64,000 nt of DNA from Eledone cirrhosa. Lineage: Eukaryota. The notes below the pieces were generated by a model, which was not told the DNA's origin, ran no database searches, and worked only from the letters and a program-made list of their open reading frames with translations. The stretch's first letter is position 1. Every line of letters begins with the position of its first letter. The stretch covers positions 421,910,001-421,974,000 of the forward strand of contig OZ024740.1 in the NCBI GenBank assembly GCA_964016885.1, written 5' to 3'. The position numbers were made by a program, and so were the translations under genes. Of this stretch, positions 14,706-27,224 are shown one piece after another.

Positions 14706-15671
14706 CATATATGTATATTTGTAGTACACACTTTTACACGATTATACATATATACACACATAACTACCTTTATATAACATATATAGTTAGATATAGATAT
14801 TTATAGACGACTCCAAAATTTGACCAGCAGATAAACACTAATTTTAAATATATTGCTACATAAATACACATACATATAAATACACCCACCTTGTACATAT
14901 ACATTAACATATACTTCACGCATATTGAAAACACATGTTTATATTTAATCATATGAGAGACATATGGACAAAAAGGAAGTATAGTTGTCCTCTTTTATGT
15001 ATAACCAGAAACTCAATCAGATTTGCTAATGGATGGTGACCGCAAGTCTACCATGTCCTTATATCCAGGGAGTGGACAACTATAAGAAGCAACCTGTGTT
15101 ACATAATAATACTTCCTAAAATATTGAATTTCTCCTAAATATTTTTTTAAAACAAAAATAAAACTACATACTTATGAGAAAAGCATTCAGTACAATGTAA
15201 TCTGATTGGCTAACTGAACAGCCAATCAAATAGAACCTTAGAATAGCTAAGCAAGGTGATTGGATTCACCTCCAACTTGACTCCACCCAGGACTCTTATC
15301 AGGTAACATGAGACACCTCCCATGTAAAACAACACTGCTTCACTCTATTCTAAATTATTCCACAATTCCCTTAAGAACCTACCAGGTTTTACCCCATATA
15401 TAAAAATAATATGAGGGAGTGGATACTTTTTAATATATGTGTGGTTACATAAGCATATATGTGTGTGTGCGTGTGTATATATATATGTGCGCGTGTGTGT
15501 ATATATATATATATATACATACAAATAATTTAATTGAGGTGAAAAAAATTCAAATATTTTTTTTCATCCAATTTAAATGATCATGTTCTGTATTTTTTCC
15601 ATAAGAAATTAATATATTTCACTCTTGATAATGAATGAGTGATATATATTATATACCCACTCTTATTCATC

Positions 15672-16143
15672 TCATCATCATCGTTTAACGTCCATCTTCC
15701 ACGCTTGTATAGGTTTGGACGGGAGTTTTCCCACTTGAGGCAAGAGTGGTTGTCTCGCTCGCATAGGACTGTCTGGCAGGTTTTCTACGGCTGGATGCCC
15801 TTCCTAAAACCAACCACGTTTACAGTGTGGACTGGGAGGTTGTTACCGTGTTACCTACACGGCCACATTACAGCGTGGACTGTGTGTTTTTTTGTTGACA
15901 CCTACACGACCTCATTTGTTTCGGACTGGATGTTGTGGTACCAACATAACTTTACATTGAAAGGGTGGTGTGGATGGGGCGGGGGTAGTGGGACGGGGGT
16001 GTATTTTGTTAGAGGTGCCTACTGACTGTAGTAGGTTTCACTTTGTACTTAGGTAAGGCGGGTCTTCTGTATTACTGTGTAGCGCCAAAGATCTCGGTCC
16101 AGTGACATTGTCTTGGAGAAGTGTAAGTGTGTGAGGTCGGAAT
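15672..16143 (-). mobile_element. RTE LINE 3' fragment
   Basis: Collinear with the 3'UTR and ORF end of the long copies; abuts (TA)n. Confidence 0.88.
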
Positions 16144-16177
16144 CTCATATATATATATATATATATATACATATATA

Positions 16178-16293
16178 TCATCATCGTTTAACGTCCATCT
16201 TCCACGCTTGCATGGGTTTGGACGGGAGTTTTCCCACTTGAGGCAAGATTGGTTGTCTGGCGGGTTTTCTACGGCTGGATGCCCTTCCTAACA

Positions 16294-16295
<2 letters not shown>
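16178..16295 (-). mobile_element. Short RTE 3' tail fragment within a (TA)n microsatellite
   Basis: CATCATCGTTTAACGTCCATCTTCCACGCTTGCATGG..GGATGCCCTTCCTAACACC. Confidence 0.8.
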
Positions 16296-16342
<47 letters not shown>

Positions 16343-16361
16343 TAATAATAATAATAAATAA

Positions 16362-16436
<75 letters not shown>
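16296..16436. repeat. (TA)n/(TAA)n microsatellite
   Basis: Seen directly. Confidence 0.95.
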
Positions 16437-16482
16437 CAATGATATTAAATAAATGGAAACTATATTTATAAAACCATATTTA

Positions 16483-16539
16483 TTCTATTATATATATTTC
16501 AAGGGTACCAAAACTTTGGTACGCTTTCATCAGATAAAA
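16483..16539 (-). ncRNA. Minimal type-I hammerhead ribozyme motif (HH1)
   Basis: Minus strand reads TTTTAT-CTGATGA-AAGCGTACCAAA gt TTTGGTACCCTT-GAAA-TATATATA-ATAGAA: stem I 6 bp, long stem II, palindromic stem III, AUA cleavage triplet, followed by AATAAA. Confidence 0.75.
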
Positions 16540-17690
16540 TACAAAGTTTGTTTTATAAATGGTGACATAACCAAGAAAAATACCTTAACGGTTCAAGTTT
16601 TCCTTGGATAGTTAAGGGATAAGAGAAGAAAAGTAAGATATTTCAAATTATTAAGATGAGTATGCAAATGAGGTTGAGGTAGAAGGCTAAAAAAAACCCG
16701 TTATTTTAGACGCTATAGAGAATTTAAATAATTGGGATATGTATATGTATGCGTAGGAAAGAAGAAAAAGGAAGAAGAGCTTGTATTTACGTTAATTTGG
16801 TTCCAGAATTTAAATTTATTTAGCTATATTATGAGTTATAATATTTTATATATAATCAATTAGATTATATGAAGAATTATGGTTGTAGGTATTTTTATCT
16901 TATTACATTACAATAGGTTATATGCATATAAATAATTTACAATTATTAGTTGTTTATATTTCTAATATGAGTTACGAAGGATGTTGATTTTGTATTTTAC
17001 ATTAAAAAAATAGGTGGTTCAAGTTGTGAGAGGAGAACAAGTTGTAGATTCGAATATTTTGTTCGAACATTGAAAATGTTTTCAGAATATTGTTAATTTA
17101 GCGAAGTTATATAGTTTATCGTACATATTATATTATGTTTATGTTTGCACGATTGAAAAGGGAAAGATAACTCCAATCTTGTTTGTTAACCGTTAAATTT
17201 GATGAATGATTTACTCAGAAAATATATAAAGAAAATTATATATTATTTTGTGTGAGATTAAATATTTTAGTCAAAAGGTGTGTGAAAGTTTGAATATCAA
17301 AAGGAGAGGATAAATTTTTGGAATGTGCTTTTCGAGCTACATCTAAAAATATATATTTAGAGGGGTATCATTAGGAAAATAATGTCAGAATTAAAGATAT
17401 ATATTTAAAAAATATATATTAAAAAATTCATGTCAAAAGGTAAAAGTATTAGAAATATTTAAAAATTTACATTTAAATTTTTTAAAGAAAATAGGATCAT
17501 TTTGAAGGTGTATAGGAATATTATAAATTAAAAATACTTCTGAACGTGGAATTTTGGCGATGTCTGCAAGAAAATAATTCTGTTTTAAGATTAATAGAGT
17601 TTTGACAGAAAAACTGTTGAGTGCTCTGAATCAGTTATAAACATTTAAATTTGTTGAATTACCAACAAATTGAATATCCCTTTTGCTTAT
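16540..17690 (-). mobile_element. Probable highly decayed Penelope-like element body
   Basis: AT-rich unique sequence directly upstream of HH1; faint frameshifted NGYP-like motif near 17365 and SLN-like motif near 16615; no intact ORF. Confidence 0.35.
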
Positions 17691-17767
17691 ATATATATAT
17701 ATATATATATCAATATATGATCATCACTGTTTTATGTCCATTCTTCCACACTAGCATATATATATAC

Positions 17768-17831
<64 letters not shown>

Positions 17832-17844
17832 ATATATATATATA

Positions 17845-18528
17845 TCATCATCATCTTCATTTAACGTCCATTTTCCACGCTACCATGGGTTAGACGGGAG
17901 TTGTCCAACTTGAGGCAAGGTTGGTCGGGTGACCGTGTCTCGCTCATATAGGACTATCTGGCAGGTTTTCTACGGCTGGATGCCCTTCCTAGCACCAACC
18001 ACATTTACAGTGCAGAACTGGGAACTTTTTACCGTGTTACCTACACGGCCACATTACAGCGTGGACTGTGTGTTTTTTCTCGTGACACCTACACGATCTT
18101 GATCTCATTATCTCATTTATTTGTACTGGATGTTGTGGTACCAACTTTACAGAGAGAGGGTGGTGTTGGTGGGAGTGGGAGGATAGGGTAGGGGTAGTGG
18201 TTGTGGTGTAAATTTGGTTAAGAGGTGCCTACTGACTGTAGGTTTCGCTTTGTACATAGGCAAGGCGGGTCTTCTGTATTAATGCGTAGTGCCAAAGATC
18301 TCGATCTAGTGACATTGTCTTAGAGAGGTGCAAGTGTGTAAGGTCGGAATTTATCAGATCGTCCCAGGTTTTTCTGGGTCTACCTACTCTGTAACTACCA
18401 TCAATTTTGATCGCCCTGCACTTTACAGCTGTCGTCTTTCATGCGCATCACATGGCCATACCAACATAGTCTTCTCTCGAGTAAACAGCATCTGATCCCT
18501 CTTATTCCTAATTTCTCACTTAGTTCAT
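17845..18528 (-). mobile_element. RTE LINE 3' fragment (ORF C-terminus + 3'UTR)
   Basis: Encodes ELSEKLGIRGIRCCLLERRLCWYGHVMRM; (CAT)n tail. Confidence 0.92.
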
Positions 18529-18538
18529 TATATATATG

Positions 18539-18582
<44 letters not shown>

Positions 18583-18600
18583 TATACATATATATATATA

Positions 18601-19163
18601 AGAGGAATCAGATGTTGTTTACTCGAGAGAAGACTACGTTGGTATGGTCATGTGATGCGCATGAAAGACGACAGCTGTATAAAAAAGTGCAGGGCGATCA
18701 AAATAGACGGTAGCCACGGAGTAGGCAGACCCAGAAAAACCTGGGACGACTTGATAAATTCTGACCTCACACACTTACAGCTCCCCAAGACAATGTCACT
18801 GGACCGAAATCTTTGGCGCTACACAGTAATACAGAAGACCGGCCTTGCCTAAGTACAAAGCGAAACCTACAATCAGTAGGCACCCCTAACAAAAATACAC
18901 CCACATCCCACCACCCCTTTTGATGTAAAGTCATGTTGGTACCACAACATCCAGTTTGAAATAAATGAGGTCGTGTAGGTAACACGGTAAAAACCTCCCA
19001 GTTCCACACTGTAAACGCGGTTGGTGTTAGGAAGGGCATCCAGCTGTAGAAAACCCGCCAGACAGTCCTATACAAGCAAGACAACCAATCTTGCCTCAAG
19101 TGGGAAAACTCCCGTCCAAACCCATGCAAGCATGGAAGATGGACGTTAAACGATGATGATGAT
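18601..19163 (+). mobile_element. RTE LINE 3' fragment, inverted relative to the preceding copy
   Basis: Encodes RMKDDSCIKKCRAIKIDGSHGVGRPRKTW; ends GGACGTTAAACGATGATGAT. Confidence 0.92.
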
Positions 19164-19168
19164 ATATA

Positions 19169-19226
19169 TCATCATCATCATTTTACGTCCGCTTTTCCCT
19201 GCTTGCAAGGGTGGGACGGGTCTTAT
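19169..19226 (-). mobile_element. RTE/SINE 3' tail fragment
   Basis: Reverse complement of ATAAGACCCGTCCCACCCTTGCAAGCAGGGAAAAGCGGACGTAAAATGATG, same sequence as 34830-34893. Confidence 0.8.
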
Positions 19227-19250
19227 TCATATATATGTATATATATATAT

Positions 19251-19475
19251 GGAGGCACATGGCTTAGTGGTTAGAGCATTGGCCTTGCAATCGAAAGGTT
19301 GTGAGTTCAATTCACAGACTGGGTCCTATCATCTCATTTCTACAGCTATGTAAACTGGAGCAATGTGAAATAAAGTGTCTTGCTCAAGGAAACAATAATT
19401 CACCCGGTCTGAGAATTGAACTCACAACCTTTTGATTGCGAAGCCAATGCTCTAACCACTAAGACATGTGCCTCC
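19251..19475. mobile_element. Two SINE-1 heads in inverted orientation (+ 19251-19322, - 19322-19475)
   Basis: GGAGGCACATGGCTTAGTGG at the left end and its reverse complement at the right end. Confidence 0.85.
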
Positions 19476-19496
19476 ATATATATATGTATATATATA

Positions 19497-20192
19497 TCAT
19501 CATCATCGTTTTTACGTCCGTTCTTCTGTATTACTGCATGACGCCAGAGGTCACTGTCATGTGTCATTGCTCTTGAGAAGTGCAAATGGATAAGGTCGGC
19601 CTTGATCACCTCATCCCAGGTCTTCTTGGGTCTCCCCACTCCGCAGCTTCCATCGACTTCTAGTGCTCTTCACCTTTTTATGCAGCTGTCATACTTCATA
19701 TGCATCACATGTCCATACCAATGTAACCTCCTCTCCTGGACACAGCATTTGATTCCTCTGATGCTCAGTCTCTCTCTCAATTCGTTTATACTTTGCCATT
19801 CGTGTATATTACTATTACACATCCATCGGAGTATGCAGGCTTCGTTTCTTTCTAATCTGCGCAAGTCTTCTACAGACAGCGCCCAGGTCTCACTACCATG
19901 TAACATTGCTGTTCGGATACACGCATCATACAGTCTGCCTTTCATTTTGAGGGAAAAGCCTTTTGCAGCTAGCAGTGGCAGTAGCTCCCTGAACTTCTCC
20001 CATCCCGTTCTTACTCTAGTTATTGTACTTTCCGAACACCCACCTCCGCTGCTAATTCGGTCACATAGGTAGCAGAAGCTGTCTACTGTTTCTACAAAGC
20101 CCTCCCAGAGATTGGTGGTACTTGTTTCCTGTGGCTGTTTGCTGCTTGCTGTCCCAGTGAAGCTGCTGCATGTGAAGCCTACATTCTTAGTT
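19497..20192 (-). mobile_element. RTE LINE 3' fragment of a diverged subfamily, short 3' end
   Basis: ORF 19670-20266 contains ETVDSFCYL..SGGGCSES..LHGSETWA..WYGHV. Confidence 0.9.
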
Positions 20193-20283
20193 AATATATG
20201 TATATATATATATATATGTATATAGATAGAGAGACTGAATAAAAATGGCGTAGCCATACAATTCAACAGGAGGAAACAATAGC

Positions 20284-20325
20284 ACCACTGATGATGTTGC
20301 AGATGTGCAACGAAAGATTTATGAT
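20284..20325 (+). ncRNA. Hammerhead ribozyme motif, slightly degenerate (HH2)
   Basis: ACCA-CTGATGA-T-GTTGCA gatg TGCAAC-GAAA-GATTTA-TGAT; perfect core and stem II, weak stems I and III. Confidence 0.55.
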
Positions 20326-20524
20326 AAACTATATATGTGTTTGTGTCTATATTGTATCTGTATTATTTTTGACTGTCGGTCAGTCAATGGCAACATTGAG
20401 GACCGAGTATATTAGATTACCGATATAAAAGACACAGAAGCGAAAAGCGAAAACCAACCAAACAGTGAGTGTGTTCTGTTATTAATTCTGGCAATATTAC
20501 ACAAATATGACCCTCCCCAAGTAT

Positions 20525-20574
<50 letters not shown>

Positions 20575-20584
20575 GTATATATAT

Positions 20585-20750
20585 TGTCCTGGGTATGACA
20601 TTAAACTACATCCAGTGGCAAGGCTCCAGTTCGGGAGTTCAGGAGCTGTGGGGAATGCAGTTACCCCTTAGTTATCATAACTCTCAGGTCTGCACTGGCC
20701 CGGAGTAGTAGTACCTGTTAGGGCCCCATTTATGGGTTTAATAACTACCT
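20585..20750 (+). mobile_element. Fragment of a third SINE-like repeat
   Basis: TGTCCTGGGTATGACATTAAAC..GGCCCGGAGTAGTAGTACCTGTTAGGGCCCC resembles a common octopus SINE body as recalled, not searched; single copy here. Confidence 0.45.
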
Positions 20751-20816
20751 TATTCGAGTGGCGCCGGTAAGGTATTGTCAGCCATTGAAAAGAAAAGAAA
20801 ATATGTATATATATAT

Positions 20817-23800
20817 ATCATCTACATCATCGTTTAACGTCCATCTTCCACGCTTGCATGGGTTTGGACAGGAATTTTCCCACTTGAAGCAAGAATGGTT
20901 GTCTCGCTCGTATAGGAGTGTCTGGCGGGTCTTCTACGGCTGGATGCCCTTCCTAACACCAACCACGTTTACAGTGTCGACTGGGAGGTTTTTACCATGT
21001 TACCTACACGGCCACATTACAGCGTGGACTGTGTGTTTTTTTTGTCGTGACACCTACATGACCTCATTTATTCCGGACTGGATGTTGTGGTACTAACTTT
21101 ACAGAGAGAGAGTGGTGTTGGTGGGAGTGGGAGGATAGGGTAGGGGTAGTGGATTGGGGTGTATATTTGGTTAAGAGGTGCCTACTGACTGCACCTCTCT
21201 AAGACAATGTCACTGGACCGAGATCTTCTCTCAAGTAAACAGCATCTGATCCCTCTTATTCCTAATTACTTAGTTCATTTATGCTTTGCCGTTCATGTAT
21301 ATTACTATTACACATCCAACGGAGCATGCATGCTTCATTCCTTTCCAGTCTGCGCAGGTCCTCTGCACGTAATGCCAATGTATCACTGCCATGTAGCATT
21401 GCTGTTCGTATACAGGCATCATACAATCTGCCTTTCATTTTTAGAGAGAAACCTTCTGTGGCCAACAGCGGTATAAGCTCTCTGAACTTTTTCTATCCCG
21501 ATCTGACTCTGGCTACTGTACTTTCAGAGCACCCTCCACCACTGCTGATTTTGTTACTCAGGTAACGGAAAGTGTCAACTATTTCTGTAGAACCATCTGG
21601 GCAATAGAAGGAGCTAGTATCCTGTGGACACTTGCTACCTATTGTACTTGAACATCGGCCACATATAAAATCTACGTTCTTAGATAGTTTACCTGTGATC
21701 CCACTACATCTTTTATGCACCCATACTTTGCATTTGGGACATAAAATGGAATTTCTGCCTACTCCTTTCCTACACACTGAGCATGGCCATTTCCTAGAGG
21801 GCACCTGTGCCATATTTTTCTATCTACAAACTAGAACTTTAGTCTTAGACAAGTTAACTTTAAGGCCTTTTGATTCTAGGCCATGCTTCCATGTTTGGAA
21901 TTTCTTCTCTAGTTCAGCCATTGATTCAGCTATGAGCGTTAGATCATCTGCGTATAGGAGTTCCCATGGGCAGCAGGTCTTGAACTCCTCTGTTATAGCC
22001 TGAAGGGCAATAATAAATAGGAGGAGGCTAAGGACAGAGCCTTGGTGAACACCAACTTTTACACTAAATTCTTCACAATAGTCATTGTTAATTCTAACCT
22101 TACTGACTGTTTCATTATACATAGCTTGTATAGCTCTCACAAGCCATTCATCTACACCTAGTTTTCTAAGAGCCCACCAGATAATGGAGCGGGGTACTCT
22201 GTCAAAGGCTTTTTCCAGGTCTACAAAAGCTAAGTAGAGGGGTTTACTTTTAACTAGGTACTTCTCTTGTTGTCGTACAAGGAAAAGAGCGTCTGTGGTA
22301 CTTTTACCTGACACAAACCCAAACTGCATTTCATCTAGATCAATTCGCTCTCTGATTAATTGCGCTATAACTCTTTCTGTGACCTTCATGACCTGGTCAA
22401 CTAACTTAATGCTTCTATAGTTTCCCCTATCTAGAGCATCCCCTTTACCCTTGTAGCAGTTAATGATGATGCTACTACGCCAGTCTTTTGGTATGACCCC
22501 ATTCTGTATTACTTGGTTAACTATATGGGTGACCATAATATGTCCCACCATTCCAGATGCCTTAAACATCTCAGCAACTATCTCCGAAGGCCCAGCTGCC
22601 TTGCTTGTCTTCCTATCTTTGATTGCCTTACTTATTATACTACTTTTAACTTGCACCGCTGGTCCTTCTATTGGATCGATTTGGGGCAGACTATCTTTTT
22701 CCCATTTATTCTCCTCATTTAATAGTCTCTCGTAGTGACACTTCCAGGCTATCTTCTTATCAGCATCAGTGAGGGCAAGTACACCGTTATCATTACGGAC
22801 ACACTTCTCCCCGACAATATCACGGTTTTCCTTGACACATTATCTAGAAATCCTGAACACCTCACGTTGTAGAACATGCTTGAACTTTCTATCCTCTGCT
22901 TCCCTTTTTGCAAGGTACACTTGTCCCCTAGCTTCTCTCCTGGCCACTTAATAGTGCTCTCTACTTGCCCCATCCTGCCATACTTTCCAACCCTGCTTTT
23001 TGGCCTCGATTGTCTCCTCCACCTTACTGTTCCACCACCAAGTTACTCTCCTCCTGCCAATATGTCTGCTCCAGCCACAGATTTCATCCGTTGCTTTCAG
23101 CAGGTTCACTTTCAAGAATTGCCACTGTTCCTCTATATTGCACGTCTCTAATTGCTCTTCCTTATTGTCTAAGGCATCAAGTAATAAGCTTTTAAATTTG
23201 TCACTGGCTATGGGGTCCTTCAACTTCCATATTCTTCTCCTCAAGGTAGGTCTCCTCTGTCGTCGAGTACGTCTATTCCTGACTATGAGGTCATTAACTA
23301 CTAGGCTATGTTGGGAGGTGCATTCTTCACGGGGGAGGGATTTAGTGTTTACAACAGACACTTTGTCCCGTCTTCTAGTAAGGATATAATCTATCTGGCT
23401 GGCATGTTCCCCTGATCTATAGGTGATCAAGTGGTTTTCTCGTTTTTTAAGTTTGTGTTACAGATAGTTAGGTTATTAGCGTCACAGAATTCCAGGATTC
23501 TGAAGCCCTCCTCATTTCTATTTCCAACCCCATAGCCTCCATGGATTCCATCATAGCCATCACTATGTTGTCCAACGTGACCGTTTAGATCGCCGGCAAT
23601 AATTAAGTAGTCGCTGTCGGTTATTTGGGAGGTAGTGTGCATTAGCATCTCATAGAACCTGTCCTTTATAACGTCAGGTAGACCAGATTGTGGTGCATAA
23701 GTGGATATTATTGTCACAGTAGTTCTATTTAGAACTAGTCTTATTTTAATTATTCTGTCATTCACTCTATTTACGTCGATTACCTTATCTACCCATTTTT

Positions 23801-23830
23801 CAGCTAACATAATTCTTACTCCACCCAGTC
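20817..23830 (-). mobile_element. RTE-clade LINE copy A (APE endonuclease + RT + PHD insert), 5'-truncated and defective
   Basis: APE motifs YAPQ, GDLNGHVG, QIDYIL; RT motifs NYRSIKL, QFGF, AFVDLEKAFDRV, GVHQGSVLS, YADD; several stops, frameshifts and deletions; (GAT)n tail. Confidence 0.97.
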
Positions 23831-24161
23831 TGTTGTCATATGAAATACACAGAATCTCTAAGTAAGTGTCGAAAATAAGAAAATACACAAGGATTTTTAT
23901 GCTCTGAAACAATTGTAAAGAACTCTAATAAATTACTCTGTAAACTCCTTCGTGTTTTGTTAATTATAAACTTTGGGAACATGGAGAAATAATTGGATCA
24001 AATCAAGGATAACACGCAATATATCACCTATCTACATTTACATTGAATTGGAAATGATATTGCCTTTGTTTACATAAACATTCACTTCAATAGAATTGTA
24101 AATATTGAATATTAAGGAACAATCAAAACACTCCTAAATACATTTATATGTACATAAAATA

Positions 24162-24350
24162 CGATGGATTGGCAGTATCGGTAGAGAGTCGGACGCCATG
24201 CTTTGACGCATAGAGTTATGGCCCTTTCCATTCTGAGTTCAAATCCCACCGAGGATAACTTTGCCTTTCATCCTTACGGGGTCTATAAATTAAAGTACCA
24301 GTAATGCACTGGGTAATTGCTGGCCTTGTGCCAAAAGTAGAAACAATTAT
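24162..24350 (+). mobile_element. SINE family 2 copy
   Basis: TGGCAGTATCGGTAGAG A-box-like, GAGTTCAAATCC B-box, body TTGCCTTTCATCCTTACGGGGTC; flanked by direct repeat TGTACATAAAA. Confidence 0.8.
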
Positions 24351-24363
24351 TTGTACATAAAAG

Positions 24364-24537
24364 TGTGGTGGATTGGCAGTATCAAGTATCTGAGTTCAAA
24401 TCCTGCTACAGTTAGCTTTGCCTTTCATCTTTACGGGGTTGATAAAATAAAGTACCAGTAACGCACTGGCGTTGATTTAATCAACTTTCCCCTCTCCAAA
24501 AAATTGTTGGCCTTATGCCTCAATCAGGAACCATTAT
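24364..24537 (+). mobile_element. SINE family 2 copy, internally deleted
   Basis: Homologous to 24162 and 44564. Confidence 0.75.
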
Positions 24538-24666
24538 ATGTACATATATACACACACACACACACACTACACTACACAACACAACACAACACACACACAC
24601 CACCACCACTACCACACATATACACATATATCAAGAAAAACAATAGATGAACTTAAATCTTTTATT

Positions 24667-24925
24667 TATTCCTACAAGTGTTTCCACAAGAAACTTGCTC
24701 AACAAATGACACAATAATAATAATTATTAGTTCAAATCCTGCTGAGGTTAGCTTTGCCTTTCATCCTTACATTGTTGATAAAGTACCAGTAACGCACTGA
24801 GGTCGATTTAATCAACTTTCCCCTCTCCAAAAAATGTTCTGGCCATGTGCCTAAATCAGAAACCATTATTATTATCACTATTATGTAATTTGTGACTAAA
24901 ATGTAACTCGCTTCATCAGGGTATA
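24667..24925 (-). ncRNA. Hammerhead motif split by a SINE-2 fragment (HH4)
   Basis: Minus strand: CC-CTGATGA-AGCGAG (24921-24907) ... CTTGTG-GAAAC-ACTT-GTA-GG-AATAAATAAA (24690-24662); SINE fragment lies in loop II. Confidence 0.45.
24729..24870 (+). mobile_element. SINE family 2 5'-truncated copy
   Basis: AGTTCAAATCCTGCTGAGGTTAGCTTTGCCTTTCATCC..GAAACCATTATT. Confidence 0.75.
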
Positions 24926-24950
24926 TTCACTAAATGAAAACATTGACTTA

Positions 24951-25158
24951 TTAACCCTTTAACATTTACATTACTCTCTATATACTATTGTATTTTCCTA
25001 GTAAAGGCTTTATCTCACATAATATAAATCTATGAGATTTTGATATTATCTATTTTGAGAACAATACCTTAACATCAGTATGAGTGGCCAGTTATGGCCG
25101 GTTTGAACAGAAAAAGGTAAGAGAATTCTGGCCGGATATGGCCAGTTTAAATGTTAAA
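24951..25158. mobile_element. piggyBac-type MITE, right end eroded
   Basis: Starts TTAA-CCCTTTAACATTT; body homologous to the four other copies. Confidence 0.75.
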
Positions 25159-25702
25159 CATAGTGAAAAATAAATACAAAAATATTTTTTTGAAATTAAA
25201 CAATATAAGAAGAAAAAAAAGGAAAAAAAACTATATTGGCTTTGGATAGCAATGTGAAGTGAGGGGGGGAGGGGTGATTAGAGCTTTATGTTCTTATAAA
25301 TTAATTAATTAGCCAGTAATTAGACTCAGTAAGGTGAGCCTTGGGTAGTGGTTGGATCAACAAGGAACAAGATGGGTTCGTTAAACATTCTGATATGTCT
25401 GTCAGTTCTTTTGATAAAATTTAGTGTCCAGTTATTAAAATACAGACAGGAATTTTTATTCAGAAGATTACATTTAGCATTGAAAAGTGGCCGAAGGCGA
25501 TATAATCTTAATGCTTGCAAAGTGTTTATGAAGAGAGCAGCTGAGATATAAATAAATACAAGATTTCTCTTTTTAAAAGTCAGAAATAAGAAGAGTCTAC
25601 AAGTTTTTTGGAATCTGATTTAAAACAAAATGGAAGAAAATGGATAAAAATATGAATAGAAATAAAATGAAATAGGAAATAAGAAAATGAAAAATGGATA
25701 TA

Positions 25703-25893
25703 CGAGGGTTGGCTCAGAAGTTCATAGGCTGACTTGATGTTAGAGCTGTGAAATCTTGCATATTTTAATTTCGACTCTTCTTATATAAATAACTGCATTG
25801 TTTCTTTCTAGGGACTATGTTAAAAAATAAACCTCATTTGGTCATTCCATGAGAGTATCTTGGTCAGTCTATGAACTTTTTAGCCAACCCTCA
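25703..25893. mobile_element. Tc1/mariner-type MITE
   Basis: About 31-bp TIRs CGAGGGTTGGCTCAGAAGTTCATAGGCTGAC / GTCAGTCTATGAACTTTTTAGCCAACCCTCA flanked by TA. Confidence 0.85.
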
Positions 25894-26149
25894 TAAAAAA
25901 TATGTACAGAAATAATAATGAGGTTCAGAGCCATAGATAAAAATCAATAGAGTAACGTAGTGGTAATGAAAATGATTGTGTACAGTGGTGAGGTATCAAT
26001 AAAGTGTATATCTACTGCATTATAAATACTTTATATGAAGTTGAGAGATTCAGTAAAGACACAATTCTACATTAATTCAGTGGAGAGCTTGCCTATATGA
26101 GACTGTAAATTATGTTATGTCGGGTAATTTGTTTGTGCCTGTCACAATA

Positions 26150-26412
26150 TAGGGAAGTAAGTAAATATATAGGTAGATAGGTATATAGGTAGATATATAG
26201 GCAGGTAGGTAGGTAAATATATAGGCAGATAGGTAGGTAAATATATAGGTAGATAGGTATATAGGTAGATAGGTAAATATATAGGTAGATATATAGGCAA
26301 GTAGGTAGGTAGGTAAATATATAGGTAGATAGATATATAGGCAGGTAGGTAGGTAAATATATAGGTAGATAGGTATATAGATAGATAGATAGATATATGG
26401 GGGGGGGGGGAG

Positions 26413-26507
<95 letters not shown>
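26150..26507. repeat. Compound simple repeat: degenerate (TAGG/TAGA/TATA)n, poly-G, (CAA)n
   Basis: Seen directly. Confidence 0.95.
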
Positions 26508-27224
26508 CCCAAGAGTTATTAAAAGTAAAAATGACATATGATAGAATAGGATAAAATGCCAGAGATGAAATAAATTTAGGGAGAGAAATAGAAAGTGAAA
26601 GATATATAAAATATGAATGTAAAATATAAGAGGTTATGATGCTGGCTCATTGATAGATGATGACAATTATAATAATAATGATGATAATGGGATATTATAA
26701 TAGATTTATTTATCTTATCATATCATTTTCACTTCTAATATAACTTACAACTAATTAATCAAATAATTAATTAATTATATAATTAATTTATTAAAATAAC
26801 CAATACACACATAAATACATTTAACATTATCATGTTTATACCTTTGTATCTCTCTATATTTTAACCACTCCTTTCAATAATCTTATGTTTAAATTTCTTC
26901 GCACATTTTTACATTTATTTTCATATTTTGTATTATTTTGTATCATCCTCGATGTAACTTGTTTATTTATTTATTTACATTTATTCATGTATTGTTGATA
27001 TCATTATTTTCCCTCTATTTTTCTTTTTCTCTACCTTTATTTCTCCTTTTTCTATGTCTTTTTTTCTCTCTATATCTTACTGTTTTCCTTTTTCCTTTTT
27101 CTTTCTTTCTTTTATCTATATCTCTTTCTTTTTTTCTCTCTCTATCTTTATTATTAATATTATTATTATTGTATTGATGCTGTAATTTGAATTTGTAAAT
27201 TTACCGGATATATTTTTTGTAGTT

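Noticed and set aside
21108-21160. G-quadruplex-like tract in the RTE 3'UTR (also 18157, 35200, 35716, 40551, 61609)
   Set aside because: It lies on the antisense strand of the element and varies between copies; treated as part of the LINE, not a separate feature.
25326-25551. Short overlapping ORFs including a QGSP motif
   Set aside because: No further RT motifs or splice signals; at most a decayed TE fragment that cannot be assigned.
26093-26537. Poly-Cys / poly-Leu ORFs
   Set aside because: Translations of (CAA)n and TAGG microsatellites.
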